64,000 nucleotides of DNA from Glaucostegus cemiculus (Eukaryota): the NCBI GenBank assembly GCA_976551045.1, contig CDPCPM010000147.1, positions 4,278,001 through 4,342,000 on the forward strand, given 5' to 3'. This document shows, piece after piece, positions 23,250-36,587 of this stretch; position 1 is the stretch's first letter, and each line of letters opens with the position of its first letter. The position numbers and the translations under genes are program-made. The notes under the pieces are model-generated. The model was not told the DNA's origin and ran no database searches. It saw only the letters and a program-made list of their open reading frames with translations.

Positions 23250-26200
23250 TGAATGGGCTCCAGAGGCTATTTTGTTTCCTAAACAGATGAAACTTTTTCT
23301 TAAAATGATAAAACCTTCTCCTGAGTGTTCACGGTCCAATCCATTGCAGGGATATTGGCGTTCAATTTCCTCTGCTTTTGAGATGGCGAAAGAAATAATT
23401 TTCTTGATCATTGTTGAATTCCAGACTTACTGTTTTTGAGTGAAGGTTAAAGATTTCTATTTAGAAGGCTTTAGTTAAATTACTTCAGTGCAGCGTAATT
23501 ATATCCCTTTATCTAACAGAGAAAGCATTTGGCTCAATTTTTCTGTGGCTAGTGGATCTTGACTGCAATCCTGGTGCAAAGTCTAGCCATTGAAGGGAAA
23601 AGTTCTGGTGCCGGCAGAAGGTGACCTTGGTATTTAGACCGAGCTGGAAGGAGCAAAATCTGAGAAGTTTAAATTTGAAAAATTCCATCTGTGTTAACTT
23701 GCATCAAATTTTCTCTTAAGATTTTATTTTGTGTGGGAAAACCTGTGTACTACATTGAATGCAATCTGATCTCTGATTGTAGGACTAAATAGTTCTGACA
23801 AAAGCTTTGAAACTAGTGCATTGCCATTACCATAGACCATTGCCCAAAATCTGAACTCTTGAGTGAAGTAATTCCTGATCTCAGCCCTAGAATGGCCAAT
23901 GGCAGACACAAGAATTTTAAGGTTATGTTGGAGAGGCAGTTATATACAGAGGAGAATGTCTATTTCCAAAGATGATCTTTGTATTTTATCATTGATATGA
24001 AGGCAGGGAATCTCCACATTGGTTCACATCATGTGTCCATGACGCATCTTGAGATCTCAAACCATTTACAGATTTTCCTGTTACAATCCCTTTGTCTTCG
24101 TGTAAACCCCCCACCAGCATTTAGTTTACTTCAGAAAAAAAGGGTTTCAACCTGCAGTGAGCTTTTATTAGTGTGTAGTGCCCTATCCTTTGTAAATCTC
24201 TAGTTCTCCTTAAATTCGGGGCAGAATATGTGATGTTCCTGAAGCAAGTCGAAATTAGAGCCAAGTTTTCAGAAGGTGCATCATTCATCAACCGAATTTA
24301 CTGGAACAATTGATACTTTCAACTTAATTCATCAAAGTACTTAAATAATTCAATCTGTGTGCAGAGGCATAATTGGGAGCAATGATGTATAAAATTACTT
24401 CATTTTGCGTGTGCAACACACTGGACATCTGGCATGCCATTTCCCTTATTAACCTTTAGTCATTAACAGAATTTTAGCTTGTCACCCTCTGTGGAGCCAC
24501 ATCTGGAATGACATTCTAATCCTGTGGCTAAGTTCATCACTACACAAACTTGGACCAGTTTTCCAGGAATGTTCCATTGTTAAAGCAAGCATATCAATTC
24601 CCTGGAACATTTAGCTTGTAATTTTGTGAAAAAGTTGTTTCTCCAGCCAAGTGTCTGAGTTACTGCAAAGCCATCTTGAGACTCTAAGCCAAGACAGGGT
24701 CGTGTTGCAATTTGAAACCATTAGGTGGCTACTCCAATCTCTTTGTCTTTTGCCATTTCCTTCAAACCTTTTGCCAAGATGTTGGTCATCTGTCCTTTAG
24801 CTTTGTGGTTTTTTTTTTGTCAGAGCGTATTAGCAAGAAACTTCATTAAAGAAGTTAATAATTGCAAGGTATTTTGCATTTGCTTGCATTATGATATATT
24901 CCTGAGACAGATTGCCACCAGATCTTTCAATACTTTATCCCTCATGGAAAAAATAGTAAATGCTCTCAAAGGAGTGAATGGGACACCTGGTTGAGTGGTG
25001 CCCCAACAACAACCTCTCACTCACTGTCAGTAAAACTAAAGAACTGATTGTTGAATTCAGGTAGGAGAAGGAGGCTGAACATTTGACAGTTTACATTGGT
25101 GGATCGATGGCGGAGAGGGTCAGCAGTTTTAAATTCCCGACTGTTAACATATTGGATGACCCGTCCTGGATCTAGCACATAGATGCAATCACAAGGAAGG
25201 TCATGCCACCTTCTCACAGCTACCATCAGGTAGGAGGTACAGAAGCCTGAAGGTCCCACACCACCAGGTTCAGGAACAGCTACTTCCCTTCAAGCATCCA
25301 GTTCTTGAACCAACCTGCCCAACTCTAATCATTACCTCAGTAAAGCAACATTATGATCACCTTGAACTACAATGTTTTTTTGTTCACATTGTGTTCTTTA
25401 TTGTATAATTTGTTTTTCTTGTAAATGTTGTTTATCTGATGCTGTGCCTATGATGCTGCTGCAAGTAAGTTTTTCATTGCACATTTATTGACCATCTGCA
25501 GTAGATCTTCAGTGTGTTTCACTTCTTGCTGAATCAGTGACTAATCTCTGCACACGCTTTTCTGCCTTCCAGCAAACTGTTAATGCACATTATGTGCCTC
25601 AGTCAGCCTCTGGGGTATCAAGTGCACAACTGAAGCTTGTAAGATTAGTAGGCTGGATGAGAATGGCCCACTTGATCTGATATACAGTGTGGGCCAATGC
25701 ATGAAGTAGACAGCATTGTGTATTGTGGCTTTTATACTGAGTTCATAATTTGTTATTCTGGGTTTACTTAAGGTTCTGCCAGCGTTTTCCATTCTCTTTT
25801 TAATTGTGTTAATCCCAAGAACCTTTTTTTTTACACAAGCTAAGAAAGTGGAGAGTTGTATTGGTTGAAAAGAACTTGTTTTACACATCAGTTGTGTGGG
25901 TAAATGTTGTGGTAACTTAATAAAGGTTTAAATGTCCCAGTTCAGGAATTTTATATTCATTTGAAGTAATGTGTCTGAGACAAGAGTTGGCACATGTTTA
26001 AATCTTGTGCCATTTGGACAGAATTTTTTTTGATATTTTAACCATAAGAGATAATCCTGCAATACACAACTAATTCCTGTGCCATTGCTAAACACAGAAT
26101 ATACCAACCATGCTGTTAACATTTGCTTTCACTATTGCTCATTATATTTAATTTTTTTAAATATAGAAAAGTTCCACAGAACCTTGTCGGTGCAGTGTTT

Positions 26201-26850
26201 CTTTATTTTAAGGGCTTGCCCAGCACTGAGCAGCATCGTGCAGCTTAGAGATCATGGACAAGGCGGCAAATCATGGACTTTGAAAGAAGGCTGCAGAATA
26301 GTCAACTTGGGGAATGAATGCTGGTGGGAAGGATGGGTGGTTTTGAACTTCACTGAGTGAAAAATGGTTATTTGTTCAAATCACCAGGTTGTCACACTAC
26401 TTTCCGACATAAGGATAATTAGATGCAAGGTGTAAAACGATGGATGTGAGGAGGTAGGTGACAATGGTAGTGAGGAAGCACAGGCACTAATTTCCAAACT
26501 TATGTATTACACAGGCCCAAGGGATTGATATTTAAATTCAAAGAAGATGGGAGGAAAATTGAGAGGAGGAATAACTAATTGTTCATTTACAGATTACTCT
26601 GTTGTAAATGAGTGCATTTTCATGACGGAAATCTAGTTATGTTTGGCAATGCAGGTTGAGGGGCATGAGGTGCAATCTTTGGACTGTAGTACAGGTTAAC
26701 CATTGGAGATCCAAGTTGTGCTTACAACTGTTCTTGTTTTAAACTGAGGCAAAGGTGGTGGGAGGCTGCAATGTTACCTTGCACACAGCTTGACATGTCA
26801 CCGTTTCTCAATTTAAAAAAAATATCCGACCACCTGCACTGGTTGTACAG
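23250..26850 (+). pseudogene. Decayed SRCR exons
   Basis: IHCR (23339-23350); W..FCG*WILTA (~23530-23570); SEKFKFE..HL (from 23659); VCNTLD.(G)HAIS (24409-24444); IVQLRDHGQ..SWTLKE..LG (~26235-26312); FHDG...SLDCST (~26618-26693). Confidence 0.5.
24975..25490 (+). mobile_element. Rex1/Babar-like LINE 3' fragment
   Basis: Reads EWCPNNNLSLTVSKTKELIVEFR...VSSFKF and later TTRFRNSYFP, typical of this clade's RT C-terminus. Confidence 0.7.
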
Positions 26851-27539
26851 GTCCTGCTGAGCAACCCAGCAGCAAGCCCTGAAGTCTGGTAAGAGATTAA
26901 TAAGGTTAATATTTAACCCTGGCAGCCACAGACATCATGGCCCTTTGAGGGATCCTATCTTCCTTGAGTGGGGTCCCCAGATCAGTACAAAGCCTTTAAT
27001 TTCTGCAGAGCTCTGAACTAAATGTTGAGACCACCACAAAGTCTCTTAACTGTTCTCCGACCAGGGCTAACAAGCCACAGTTGCACTGAACTGCAAACTT
27101 ACAGTATAAAAAAAAGTAATACAGTGTTCCACATTGACCAAGTTCCTGAGTTCCCTAATTCATTACCTGCCTCAGACCAATTGTGCCTGCTGTGTCTTTT
27201 GGAACAGAGACATCTGAGCTGCCAAGACACTCCTGGTGATGGCCATTGAGGTCCCTCAGCCAGGAGACATTCTGGGCCCTTGCTACTTTCAGTGTTTCTT
27301 TCAAGAGTTATTAACATGGAGCTCACTGATTCCTCAGCTGAGAGAAGAGAGGAATAGTTTCTCAGTTGGAAGAGCTGTCAACTTGACATGGTCATACTGT
27401 ATGGACAACGAGCCAGCCTTTTCCATCACAATTCCTGGAGGTATCCTGCCAGAGATGCATCAGCATCTTGGCAACATTGATAGGACTGATCATCACACAG
27501 TCCTTGTGTGAATAAAGTCCTTGCAGTCATTGTGTTGCA

Positions 27540-27790
27540 GAGTCATAGAGCACAGAATTTGCCTGTTTAGGCCACTGAGTCTGCACCAACCATCAGGCAC
27601 CCATTCATAGTAATCTTATTGTTTTACTTTATCCTTCATTCATTCCATTGAAGCCTACCACCCTATGTGTCTTGGGATGTGGGACAAAACCCACATAGTC
27701 ACAGGGAGAACATGCAAACTCCACACAGATAGCACCAGAGGTCACAATAAAACCAAAGCCACAAGAACTGAGGCAGCCACTGTGATTGCC
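27540..27790 (-). mobile_element. V-SINE (HE1-like) copy
   Basis: The - strand contains the V-domain core tctgtgtggagtttgcatgttctccctgtg and a CR1-type 3' tail. Confidence 0.7.
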
Positions 27791-29409
27791 CCATACACTG
27801 TAAACCTGTCCTTACACTGAGGATTTCTTCCATCTCATTGTGTGACACTAAAGTATGTTCAATAGAATTTGCTCAGAACAGATCTGGCAGCTGAATGCTG
27901 AGCATCCATGAACTACTGTTGATCCCAAGCAGATGTTGTCCACTGCAATCCATGACCTCTTGCCATACCAATTCCAGTCCACACTAATACTCTTAAGCCA
28001 GAAGATTAACCCTGGTCCAATGGGGAATACAGAAGGGCATGCTGGGAGATGCGCCGGGCATATATCCTTAGTCAAGGTTGCAAGTATACTTAACAGCAAG
28101 AAGAGCTTGCAATGGACAGAACTAAACAATTGTATACCCAGTGGATCAGATTAAAACACTGCAGCTGTGTCACATTTGGTTGTGAATGGTGGTGGATATT
28201 TAAAAAGCCAATGGGAGGAGGAAGAAGAGGCTCCAAGAGCAAACCCCATCCTAATAATAACTGGATGCCAGCAAAAGTAACAAAGCACAAGAACTAAGCA
28301 TTTGCAACTTTGTTCAGTCCCAACTGCTCAGTGGATGCCACCATATAATACAATCTGCATATGATATCAGGAATTGTTGACAGCACTGGTTACATCCAAG
28401 GTGAGGGGCTTAGACACATTTTGGATATAGCATCGTAAACCTTTGCTCCAGAATCAGTTGTGCCTCAGATCCAGTGCAGATACAACCTGCTGACATGGGA
28501 AATGTCCCAGGTATGTGACATCCTCAAAAAGCAAGGCAAATCCAATCCAACAATGACTGCCCAATCAGTCAGTCATCAATGTGACAGAAGGTGGCATGAA
28601 CTCATGAACAGCAGCACTAACCTGCTGATAGTTTGGGTTTTTCCAGGAGCACTCAGCTGCAGAATTTAGCACAAGCTCAGTGGAATCATAGACCACATAA
28701 CTGAATGCAGAGATGAGATAAGAGCAAATGAAAACAGAATGCTGGAGATACTCAGCAGATTTGTTGAGAACTAAATTGAGTTAATGTTCTAGGATACCAT
28801 CCTCCGGATGTGCAGAAACACTCCCAGCCCCTGAACTACATTCATTTCTGATTGCTCAATCAAATTAATTATTGACTAATGTCTAAAACAGCAAAATATT
28901 GATCAGATAATCTGTTAATGATGTTCATTAAATGATGACAGTTTTTGACCAGAGAAGGTCATTTGCTGCATGCTGGCCTGGAGTGCTATTATTGACAGAG
29001 GAAGCTTAACATCCTTCTGTGAACATTACTGAGGAATTTTTCTCCTCTTCTCCAAGAAAAGCTGAGACATCAACTTAACTTCGATGGGTTTGTACATACA
29101 ACTTCAGGCAGTGGGGCACTCCTTTTATATTGCAGGAAGGTTTTATGCTGAATCACATGCTCATATCCAACAGCAGGGCTTGTAAATGTCAGCCTTTTCA
29201 TTCCATATTGAGAGTAGACCCATTTGTTGGACAACAAAGTTTAGGAGGAGAACTTTTGACAATTAAATGATCAGAGAAACAATAAAAACTGATGTATATT
29301 TTTAGTTGTCCTTGAATTAACACAAAGTTCAGTCATATAATTAGTGTCATGTCAAGTGTGGAGAAAGTCTTGACAAGTTATTATTGTAACCTAATGCTGA
29401 TTAGGAGCT

Positions 29410-30665
29410 TTAACATTGTTATTGTCAGTATGCAATGAAGTCATCCTGACACAAGAGCCTTCTTATAAATCATGTCATTGTCTAAGATCATGAGACATGA
29501 AGCCAAAAGCAAATGAGGAAGCCAGCAGGACTCATTTGAATTGTTAGTGGAAAACTTTGAAAATCAAGGATATCCTGTGCTGCCCTTTAGATATGGGAAA
29601 GCAAAGGTAATATTTGATCTACAACAAGTGTTTATGATTAACGATGAAGTTAGATGAAGATCTGCTTCAGCTGTGGTTCCTTGGGTTCAACCTTTCCATC
29701 TGAGACAACTGAATTCAAGTTCCACAGCAGAGATTTGAGCAGGAAATCTCCATGCCTGCATAATCACATCTCCCACAGCAAACAAATAGCTTGAAACAAC
29801 AGGACAGAACTTGATTGGTGCTCTTGCCATCCACTCACTTTACCACTGGCAGGTCATGTCCTTGGTCAGTAGCAATTACAAGCAGCAACAGGTCAAGGCT
29901 TGTTTGATCTTATATCCAAAACCTGCAACCTCTTCCACCTGAAAGGAAGAAAGCAGCAGGCACCAATAGCATTGTGTTCAGCTTGTTGCATGTACTGACA
30001 TGGGACTCTATTCTTCACTGTGGCTGGGTCTAAATTCTGGAATTTGTTACCGAAGAGAATTTTCAAAAGCACCTTCAACAGAAACTCTGCAGTTGTTCTA
30101 GGGTACTGAGTAGTTATGGCTTGTCATTAAACCTCGGCCATGACACTATTGCTCAACTCAGAAAGAAGATCCAGGGTGACACATTTGTGTCATTTCTTTT
30201 TTCAAATCAGTTGTTAAATTAAGACTTCATTAGCCATCTAATTTCAATTATAAAAATCAGAGGTCGATGGGAATTTATCTGTGTCCTGCCCCAATCCCTG
30301 AAACAGTATCTCCTTATTAACACGGCTGTTGTGAGAGCATGCTCTGAACAAATGGTTTGCAATGTCTTAATGCTACAACTGGTCTGATAACATAGATCCA
30401 TTTCTTTCATCCAGTGAAGTTGGAACTGATCTCAGTGGGAAGCAGTAATTTTCCAAGATCTTCTCATCTTGATTATTAAACCATTTCAAATGATCAGCAG
30501 AAAAGCTTACTAAAAATAATGTGATAGCTCAGACTTATTCAAAAACTGGCATTTGATCACATAGAAAAGCTAGCACTTTTGAAAAATCTCTCTCCATGGA
30601 GCTGAAGCAGGCTTCTGAGGGATTTTCAAAAGAGTGTCCAAAAAAAGTTGAATTACTTTCTCTGG
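29410..30665 (+). pseudogene. Decayed SRCR exons
   Basis: NEVILT...C, NC*W...DILCCPLDMGK and DEVR...PW (29410-29700); C..P...AVVRACSE and SWN.SQWEAVIF.DL (30270-30465). Confidence 0.45.
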
Positions 30666-30894
30666 CAGTAGGACTAAAGCTTTTTGCCTGAAGTTACTTC
30701 ATTAAAAAAATGATATGGATAAGTTTGGATTCCATGTTGATTCTGCATCAAATGCAATAGTGCCCGTTGGCTCTGCTGGTCATGCACAGGTCTGGATATC
30801 CTTTGATGTGGGGACATCAATGTCAGGCAATATTCGCTGACCACCTCAAAATGCCATTCTAAATGTGATGTTGAGCAGTTCTGTTGGAGGACAG

Positions 30895-31200
30895 CAGAGT
30901 CAGAGTTACAAAGCATGCAAACAGGCCCTTTGGTCAACTATCTCTGTGCTGATCACCAAGAATCCATTTATCTTGCATTAATTCCATTTTATTCACTACC
31001 CACCCCTCACATGACCATAAACTACCCCCAGATTCTATCCTGCATTTACACACTAGAGGCAATTTAAAGCAGCCAATTAACCCACTGATACGTCCTTGAA
31101 ACTTGGGAAAAATACAGAGTAACAAGGGGAAATGTGAGCTGTCACAGGGAGAACATGCAAACTCCACACAGAATGCACCTGAATTCACACTGGAGCTGTG
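30895..31200 (-). mobile_element. V-SINE (HE1-like) copy
   Basis: Same V-domain core at 31141-31172 plus a CR1-like tail near 30900-30935. Confidence 0.7.
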
Positions 31201-32174
31201 ACACATGTTGGAAGTTACAATTTACACCAAGCAACAATGAAGACTCAGAATCATAAGAGCACACAAAGGAAGAAGATGAAGCCTCCTCAAGCCTGGCCCT
31301 TCATTCAGTATCACTAATCTGCTGCAGGCCTGATCTCTAATTTTGTGCCAGTTCCCACAGCCCTCAACTCCCTAATGGTTCAAGAAGTTATCTATTTCCT
31401 CTTGAAGATTTAATAGTACCTTTAAAGGGAAACTTCATACATTGCCTTTCCCCAAAGTCTTTTTTACAGATAATTAGGTAATTATGAAGTATCATAATTG
31501 TTGTTATGTGGGATTCAACCTGCACACAGAAACAAAAGCCCAATAATGATCATTATTTTTAGTAGAGTCAAAGAAAATGATAACTATTTGCTCCTTCAAT
31601 GAATCATTAATACATACCATGACATGAGGAGTAACTTCCAGAGTTTTTGCCCCCAAATAGCTCCACGAGTTCTTTAAAATTCAGTTGAGTCAACCTGGTT
31701 CTTGACATCACAGAAATGGGAAATATCATCTCTGTATCTATCCTATCAAGCATTGCATAAGCATTTTCAGTGATTCAATGAGATCACTTCTCATTCTTGT
31801 AAAATGAATGAGTGTGAGCTCTGTGAGCTTCAGTTCTACTTGTACAACAATCCCACTATCACTGCAAACAATCTGGCAATTCTTCATTGCCTTCCTCAAT
31901 CACAAATATATCCTTCAGATGGAGACCAGACCTGGGCACAGTATTCCAGATATGTTTTCACCAGGACCATTCTAACTGGAGCACAAAGTTTTTACTCCAG
32001 TACTCAAATTGTCTTGCAATGAAGTGCTAACGGTGTGCTCTACCTGCATGCTAACTTTCCCTGATTTGTGTACAAGGATACCCAGATCCCATGAACACCA
32101 ACACCATTCAATCTCTCATCATTTAAAATACTCCACCTACTGATTTTGTTCCATGAAGTGAAGCTACACATGAA

Positions 32175-32400
32175 ACCAGAGCTGACATTCCGAGAAGACC
32201 AGGAGTTCTCTCCTGGTGTCCTGGCCAGCATTCAACCACTGAAACAAATTAACTGGTCATTCATCATGCTGCTCATGGAGCAGTGTCTTGTGTAAATATC
32301 CTGCTGGCAGTTTGCTCACAGTGAGTGCACTTCAAAGAGGTTTAGAAGGATTGTTGGCAATATATTTTAGGGCAGTCAGCACTTGAAAGAAACAAAATCC
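32175..32400 (+). mobile_element. Old Deu-domain SINE fragment (SacSINE1/AmnSINE-like)
   Basis: ggagttctctcctggtgtcctggcca...ctggtcatt...cagtgagtgcacttcaaa resembles the Deu-domain consensus as I recall it. Confidence 0.5.
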
Positions 32401-32933
32401 CTTTAATATTAAAGTAGTGCACTGCCAGATATAAAATTTCATACAACAGTTATTGGGTGTATGACCACGAGAGTTTCCGTCAGGCATCAGTGTAAGTTGA
32501 AGAACATGCTGTTGGAAATATTTTAATCTGAGACAAACTGATTTACATTTGACAAGAAATCTAAGAAAATAAAGGGTAAAGGCATAACATAGAAATGTGG
32601 GGCTTTCTATTCTCACAGGCTTGCTTGTGGATTTTCATTGGAAGCAGCACCAGAAGCAGAGGATAAATTTAGGAAGACTGGAAGGTGGAGCTGAAGATCT
32701 TTTGCCCAGCACTTTTTCCCCATAATGTGTGCGTTTGAACTCCCTGCCCTGCTTAATGTTGGTTGCTGTGGCCTTCAAGAAGGGATCACTGTCTGCAAAT
32801 TGCCTCCTGCATTACAACCATTATATAGGGAATTAAAATCCTCAGAATGTATACCACTTATGCACCTCTGACTGGGAACAGTTTATCCTTGCCTTTCTGA
32901 ACAGCCCTGATGATTTTCAGAATCTTCTCACAG

Positions 32934-35900
32934 GTGTCTCACCTTCTGCGATCACTGCTGCCTTGGTGAAGCCAAGTCTGTGCACACGCAGCTCTGCTGT
33001 ATGTAACTGCACTGACATTTGATCTTGTGCAAAGCTTGAGGAGTTTTGTGGAGCTGCTGGGCTAAATCCTGCTGACGGCAGCCAGGGAAATTGTCGGGAT
33101 TCGGCCACTTCCAGGGAATCATTCCTGGACTCGGGCAGATCCACTGCACATCTGGGGCTGCCTGAGTGACTGATGCTTGTAGCTCTCTCACTCTGCTGTT
33201 ACTGGAGGAAAGCCATTTCTGAATGTGTGTCAGCCAAGCCTGGCATAGAATTGGACTTCTCTAATTTGAATGGACACCGGCTTGTAGAATTGGACGGAAG
33301 GAGGTTTATTAACTTTGTCTGAATGATTTTGGTTATTTCTTCAAGTGCTAAAGTGTCCTAGTTCTTGGCAGTTAAACTTTTTACTGAATGTATTTTAAAA
33401 CTACTAAAACAATTTTAATCATTTTTCAGTGGCTCTGAATTTCCGAGTCATTTAAAAGCTGGAGAAATAAATACTTACATTCTTTGACTGAGGTGAAGCT
33501 CTGCTCAAACATTTCCTCTGGTCAAAGGTCATCTGCATGTTCTGGGGCAGGGCCCAAGTGCAGCTCCTCACTCAGGCCTCACTACACATAGTCAGATGTC
33601 AACCATGGGCAGAGGATAAACCAGACTGAACCCTAACATCTGGACAAAGTTAGTGTAGGTTGGCAGGATCCATGGGCACTGAAGCACAGCTTGATTCCCA
33701 TGGGTCATTAGGATTGGTTCAGTCTCAGGCACAGCGTGGCATATACTGTGGATGAATGCAGGAACTACCCACCATCATGGAGGTAACATGCACCTCTCCT
33801 CTGTTCTGATGCAGTTCCTGCTCCCTTCCAATGGGTGAACAAGCTGATGTGTTGTTGCCATTGACAAGATACCCATGAACTGGCCATCAAACTTCAGCAA
33901 TTCAGTTCTCATACCTCTAAACAATCTGTTCAAAGAAGAGCAATCATTGGACACCTAAACGTCCATAAAATATAAAGAAATCATTGGAAAAACTATTGAT
34001 CATTTATCAATGTGCTCGACTTTATCCACTTTACAGCTCAGTGCAAAACATTTGAAAGACACGGTGCGCCACCTTCTGGCGGTGCTTTGTAATGACACTC
34101 TTCAAACTGATGGTTAATTTCCAATCGGAGTCTATAGAGGGGTCACAGCAAGTGAGTGTAGTCCAGCACCTCTGTGGTGCTGGAGACAGGAATGCAACAA
34201 TACATGACAAGTTCTTCAACATTGTCTTCAATGATTGTATTCAAAGAAACCGAGGACCATCAAACTGAGGAGTTTATCATTCATTGTGCAAACACTAAAC
34301 TCCATGACAAGGCACCAACAGAGCTCAGGTTGGATATCATTGAACCACAAGGCAGACTGGAGTAATGACACTACTTCTTAATTATTAGTAAATAAAAAGT
34401 ATGCTCCATCAATAAATTAACATATACTTCATTTGAAACATTTTTTTGAATGGCTTGATATTCATAATATCCCATGGAAGAATGTAGTTGTTCCATTTTG
34501 TTAGGGCCTCTACAAGAAGCATGCAGTCACTGAACCTCTGGACTTTAAATATTAGCTCCAGCTCCTGTTGAGCATCCTGTCCAAAATCCAACAGGAACAC
34601 AGACCTTCCTCAATACCACATTGAAATGCCTTCCCAAATCTCAGTGTTGTAATCTCTGCAGGACATTTTGAACCCATTTTCTTCTGATATAGAAAGAAAA
34701 ATGTGACTCACGAGGTGTACTGTCCTCCATGGAGTTACCCTCAATAGTGGTCTTGGATGTAGTTGGAGACTTCATGATGCCAAAGCACTTCCAAGTCTTA
34801 GTTTTGCCAAGTCTCGTCCTGTCAATGTAAATCAAAAAGGTGGAAATTCCAATATCTCCAGGACACAAAGTCAGTGTAAATATAAAGGACACAGACATTT
34901 CACAAACAGTCACATCATGAGATACTCTGCTCCAGAATATTATCACAGACTTTGTCCCACATGCAGCCAACAGTTGAATTCCAGAGATGCATTGAGGGTG
35001 ACTGCCCTTGAGAACAAAGAAGCATTTTGATGAAAATGGCAGAAAAGGTGTTTTACAAAACTGAAATCACTGAGCATTTAAGGGAAAGCAGTCCAATGTT
35101 TGATGTCATATTTTGCACAAAGGAAGATGATTGTGGTTGCTCAAGGTAAATCCTCTCAAAAGAGAACACTGAAGTAGATGCTCCTTTCCTACCTCCTTCC
35201 TTCTCTCCTGAACAGAGTTGCAATTTGTTTATTGTTCCATTACATTTATGATTCTTAAGTAAATGAAGCAGCCCATTCCTGCATGAAAGAGGGTCCAGGC
35301 ACCATTTAATGAAATCATAGTTGAAATTAACATGTGCACCATAAACATACTAGGCATTGACTGTGTGCAACAAGAAATGGTATAAGTACATCCTCCTAAT
35401 ATTCAACAGGATTACCGTTGGCACCATCGTCACTATCCTGGGGATTCCACTACACAGAAACTCATACTTATGTGGCTGGTGCAGAGAAGGGTAGGTCAGA
35501 GGCTGTGTATCCTGCAGTGAGTAACTCATTTCTTGACACACCAAAACCTTTCAAAGACCCAGGTGGCTCAGGTGAGCAGGATAGAATGTTCCCCACTTGC
35601 CTGGATGACTGAAGTTTCCCCATTAATCAAGAAATGCAACATCAACCATGTCAAATTATTTCAGTTGATTGGAAGCCAATCCATTCCCTGCTCCAGCACT
35701 CTGTGGTTACAGTTATCTGTTCAAGCACACCTCCCAAACCCATGAGTTCTAATATCAAGAAACAAAATTGCAGCAACTGCAGGGGAGCAGCAGCACAATT
35801 TGGTTTCCTACACTGAGCCACACATCAAATTGATTTACAAATATTTGAGTACTTAAATTTCATTGCAACCCGTCACGTTAGATCTTTGTGTGCGCACCTT

Positions 35901-36421
35901 CACCCAAAGGGCTGAAGCATTTGAAGAAGCTGGTTCACCCTCACCTACTGAAGTGCATTTAGTATTGGGGAATAAATGCTGGTCTTGCATGTTCCACCTT
36001 GATCTAGAATACAATAAATGAAAATAAAATCCCCACTACATGTTTGTACAGATTCAGAAGTACACTGAATTTATACTGCTTTTCATTTCAATATAATCCG
36101 ACTTAGTGTGTGCAGCAAGAAGAATTCTGCTCATCAGAATTATGATATCAGCTGCTTCTGTGCTCTGTCCTGACAGACTGGTGCCCTCAACTGGACAATT
36201 GCAGTACAGCAGTTTGATTCACATACCACTGGACTGAACAATTTAAAATACCACTTTCCATTTTCCCCAGAATATCCCTCTTGACAACAAAACACATTAG
36301 TCCAGTGGGAATTCCAACAGCGTTCTATGGTAGTGGCCAAAATGATGGAAGTAGTCAGAATCTGTGATTAGTCGAGCTGTACAGTGAAGTCTTGTGTTTA
36401 CACACTATGTGACAACTCAGG
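32934..36421 (+). pseudogene. Cluster of decayed SRCR exons (remnant block B, paralogous to block A)
   Basis: SLC...CAKL..CGAA, GHF...LGQIHCT and CVSQAW (32934-33250); LCND...VYR..ECSPA and FKETE...TEEF (34085-34275); SWRLHDAK (~34761-34784); AASVLC and SGNSNSVLW*(C)P..W (36150-36350). Interrupted by old LINE DNA at ~35000-36000. Confidence 0.6.
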
Positions 36422-36587
36422 GTAACTCAATTTTATGGCTGTTGAAGTGGTGTAGACATCCTTCTTATGTAGCAAAAGCAACATGCAGTCCATGTACAGT
36501 CATGATTTGTTGTAAGACTAAACAGGGATACCTCTTTGGTCAGGATCATGCCAAGATAGTCAAAGTTTAAACAGACTTGTGCATTCA

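Noticed and set aside
22955-23895. Inverted repeat between ~22955-23020 and ~23830-23895
   Set aside because: Two old CR1 3' fragments in opposite orientation; no TIR/TSD structure.
34712-34818. Candidate - strand exon with a good acceptor and gtgagt donor
   Set aside because: No recognisable product or partner exons, and the + strand carries an SRCR-like SWRLHDA motif.
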